A DNA stretch of 64,000 nt from Eledone cirrhosa (Eukaryota), in assembly GCA_964016885.1 (NCBI GenBank), contig OZ024741.1, positions 227,850,001 through 227,914,000 of the forward strand, given 5' to 3'. A model generated the notes under the pieces. It was not told the origin of the DNA and did no database searches. It saw only the letters and a list, made by a program, of their open reading frames with translations. Both the position numbers and the translations under genes were made by a program. Of this stretch, positions 60,109 through 64,000 are shown piece by piece. Positions within the stretch are counted from its first letter, which is position 1. Each line of letters starts with the position of its first letter.

Positions 60109-60512
60109 ATATATATATATATATATATACATATATATTAAAATAGCAGATTAAAGTTTAAGCAAAGAATCGCTGCTTTCACCCTTAACAGGATCTTCTG
60201 AAACTAAAAAAATCAATCTGTGAACGCAGAAGTAAATATTTCGAAAAATTTTGTAACCGAAAGAAAACAGGAAGATGATACTTTGCTTCGTGAAGACGTT
60301 AGGAATGTCGTATAACCGGAAGTGTTGACATTTGAAAATTTTAAAGAAGTGAATATTTAAATAATGTCTTTAATCTTTTAACCTAATTCAGTAGACAAAA
60401 ATACCCTCACTTTTTTCCTTTGAAAAAGTTACATCTATGGTGCAAATTTGGTGCTGTTTGGTCCAGCCGCTTGGCGGAAAGACATACGGCCGTCAGCTAT
60501 AGATAGATAGAC

Positions 60513-60570
<58 letters not shown>

Positions 60571-60826
60571 AAATACATACCTATTTTTACAGGAATCCTT
60601 ACTTCTCACACTAAATTAGGCAATTATTGTGCGAAATTGTAAAGTCGAAATATCCTAACTTTCAATGACTAAATTATTTGTCAAAGCTTAGCAGATCTGC
60701 GCTTTGGGAAAATATCATAGCCATGTTGTAAGATCATGGATAATTATATTTATGCAATACACTTGTTCATTGTTTTTAGCGTGGCATTATTTTTCAGTAC
60801 TGGGCTACTACGATTGCACACACGCG

Positions 60827-60858
<32 letters not shown>

Positions 60859-61172
60859 GTAATAATAATAAACGTGAAGACTAAAATACAAAGAGAGCTC
60901 CTGTTATTTTAATATATATATATATATATATATAGTAATAATAATAAATTTGAAGACTAAAATCCAAAGAGGGCTCGATAAGGATAAATATATATGAAAT
61001 ATATAAGAACCGTAGGGTAAATATTTATTAAAATAACAGATTAAAGTTTAAGCAAAGAATAGCTGCTTTCACCCTTAACGGTATCTTCAGAAGATCCTGT
61101 TAAGAGTGAAAGCAGCGATTCTTTGCTTAAACTTTAATCTGTTATTTTAATATATATGTATACATACATACA

Positions 61173-61288
<116 letters not shown>

Positions 61289-61589
61289 TATATTTATGTA
61301 TATATATATATATGTATGTATGTACGTATGTATGCATGTACGCATGTATGTATATATGTACGCATGCACGTAGTTTTTTTTGTGGAGCGAGAGACTCCTA
61401 GTCTTCTGTATGAAGAAGGTCACTCTGATATAAAACCTGCGACCTCTTTTGTATCCGATTATGTATACCAGTTCTTTTTGGACAAATCCATTCGGTGTTC
61501 AGAGAGTGTGATTGACCCCGTCCAAACCCTTTCCTTACCCTAAAAAAAGATTCAAGCACAGGCATCGCTTCATATGTGACATTTTTTGC

Positions 61590-61829
61590 GATATCTATGC
61601 AGAACTAAAGATAAATCTACAGATACTCCATCCTGATTATATCTTTAGATGTATGTCTGTGATTTGGGAGGCACTGGGATATGTTAGTAACTGCTTCAAC
61701 ACACATCTTGAGAAGTTGGGCTTCACAGAAACAGAAAGAACACGACTAGTTAGGAAATTAAAAGTACAACCCATTAATGTAACAGTAAAAATATGTAAAA
61801 CTCGTAAATTCCAAAAATTCTGCATCTAA
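61590..61829 (+). pseudogene. Probable restriction-endonuclease-type LINE 3' end
   Basis: YAELKINLQILHPDYIF..EALGYV..LEKLGF..VKICKT; weak similarity from memory. Confidence 0.4.
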
Positions 61830-62875
61830 TAACAGCATATACACTTGTACAGATACAAAGCATATGCACAATCACACATACAACTCAAAACATCCACATC
61901 CACACATACAATAACATCCATACGTGCACACATGCATGCAGACATGCCTACATATCTACCTAGTTGATGTGTAAATTTCAATGAAAGAGTTTTGTATCTA
62001 TGTTAGAAACCGACTCTCTCTATTGGCAAACATTTGTGAAATTATAAAGCGAGAAGAACATACATACATGCATACATATATACATACATAATACTTTCCT
62101 ACATACATACATACATACATACATACATACATACATACATACATACATACATACGTACATACGTTCATAGGTACGAACATACATAGATGGTGGCTGCCAA
62201 CTCGTTTTCGGGTACGGCCACTATTTTATATCCATGTAGGAGAAACCCTACCGATGCGCTGAACGAGTGTGACTTTTTAGTCCAGCCAGCGACTTGAAAA
62301 CTCTGGTACAAACACTACACTTGTGACAATTATTGACACATACTGCTGGGCCCATGGTACCATGCGACGACAAGTGCAGAGAGATCTACAGATATAGCAA
62401 TGCATGTGCCGTGAAACTTTTATAGTGAGCAAAGGCACTGCACAAAGCCAGCCCCTCTCTCTTAACCAAGATGATATTTACCAAAAAGAAGAACAAGTCA
62501 ACATCATTGGATACCATCAGGGTTGTAGGTGTTATATCAGAGTATTCCTTCTCCTAGAATTCTGCCTTGACATACATACATACATACATACGTACATACA
62601 TACATATATACATACCTATTTTCCTACATACATACATACATACATACATACATACGTATATACGTACATACATACATACATACATACATACATACGTACA
62701 TACATACAACATACATACATTCTATATACATACTTATATGTGTGTAGCGTCATTACGTATGCCCATGCGTTGTATGTTCCTATAATTTTTAGTTGTCAAT
62801 TATATATTTCATGTATTCCAATCAAAGATTGCTTCTTTATGTAGTAACCTTCACCATGGGCGAAGAATCACTCAC

Positions 62876-63058
62876 CAAATTCTTTGGCAATTTCAGCATA
62901 TAAAGAGATCAAAGAAAGTGCCATTTCAATACTGAACGTCTTTGATCCATCAATGATCATAATTCTTCTAGATGAAAAGTAACCTTGGGCAGTGTATAAA
63001 AAGATAAAAGACAATATAAGTTCTTTTCTTACCAGCTGCTTTTTGATCCTTCGCAGGA
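62876..63058 (-). CDS. Candidate internal host exon, product unknown
   Basis: Acceptor TTTGTCAG, donor GTGAGT, 183 bp, stop-free, symmetric phase 1-1. No recognisable homology. Confidence 0.3.
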
Positions 63059-63183
63059 CTGACAAATTATATAACACTGTGATATATTTAGTATATATAT
63101 ATCTATAACTCTATATCTTTAGTATATATACACCCACAGACATACAGACAGACGATTGCACACAATTAGACACACACACATAC

Positions 63184-63272
<89 letters not shown>

Positions 63273-63392
63273 CACATACATACAACACTGTAACGTAATA
63301 TTTTTATTACTTATATAACTGCGTGAAAACGTTAATATATATATATATTAGGGTAAATATTGATGCAACTCAATTCAAGCACTCAACGTAAT

Positions 63393-63994
63393 TTTTTCCA
63401 CATAGGAGTGACGGAGTAAATATCGAATAAGGAAAAGCGAAGTAGTTTCAGATGTTCAAGTCCTTTAATAATAATGCTGTGATATATATTTCAATGACGA
63501 CACTGTTCTGTGTGCGAGTGTCGTGACATCATCAGACAGCTTGTTACATAATAAAGTTATGTTTCCGAGGCAATCCAAATTGAATCGACACGGGAACGGA
63601 TGAAGTGTGTGCTTTTGAGTTCTTCATCCGTTCCGCTGTGAGTACCAATTCACCCCCACCGGTCTGCGCATGATACCTAGAATTAAGTTTATTTTCTCTT
63701 ATGAGTTGATGGTCAGTCGTACTGTCCACGCTTAGTGAGAGGTAGTATTGTGACCTGTAAAAACTAACACTCTCCCATCCCCTCTGGCTTTCGGCTGACT
63801 GCCACAGTCGGGATGGGTTGCAGTAAACTATGGTACAGGCCTAGGTGGGCCATTGTTTGGCTGAGAGGGTGAACTGACTAAGCGAATTTCGTTGAAATCT
63901 GCGGTAGCTAATGGTCAACTTCCTTCGGGCATGCGCCTTCGGGCATACGCTTTTCCTTATTCGATATTTACTCCGTCACTCCTATGTGGAAAAA
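63393..63994. mobile_element. Element with 47-bp inverted repeats (unclassified DNA transposon, possibly Crypton-like)
   Basis: 63393-63439 is the reverse complement of 63948-63994; tandem CCTTCGGGCAT motifs lie inside the right repeat. May extend past the window. Confidence 0.6.
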
Positions 63995-64000
63995 GTACGT

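Overview
Eukaryotic, repeat-saturated, gene-poor DNA. It is probably from an octopus or another cephalopod, inferred from the recurrent tRNA-derived SINE and the extreme (TA)n/(CA)n/(ATGT)n microsatellite load. Nearly all ORFs in the track are microsatellite artefacts. Real coding signal comes from retroelements: four Penelope-like elements (PLE; RT + C-terminal GIY-YIG) of at least three types, one forming a near-perfect 1.88-kb-arm palindrome, plus decayed R4/Dong-, CRE-, Tx1- and RTE-like LINE pieces, Helitron remnants and hAT MITEs. The main hidden signal is a dense set of type I hammerhead-ribozyme motifs (CUGANGA-stem II-GAAA-stem III-NUH) from about ten unrelated sequence families, carried by PLE ends and short ORF-less elements sitting in (TA)n tracts. 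One of these is a 437-bp terminally redundant, retrozyme-like unit. Many insertions share one asymmetric inverted architecture: one arm ends at the true 3' tail, the other at a fixed internal ATAT about 35-90 nt upstream. One candidate host exon lies at 62876-63058 (-). Coordinates were read by eye and may be off by a few bases; no searches or folding programs were run.
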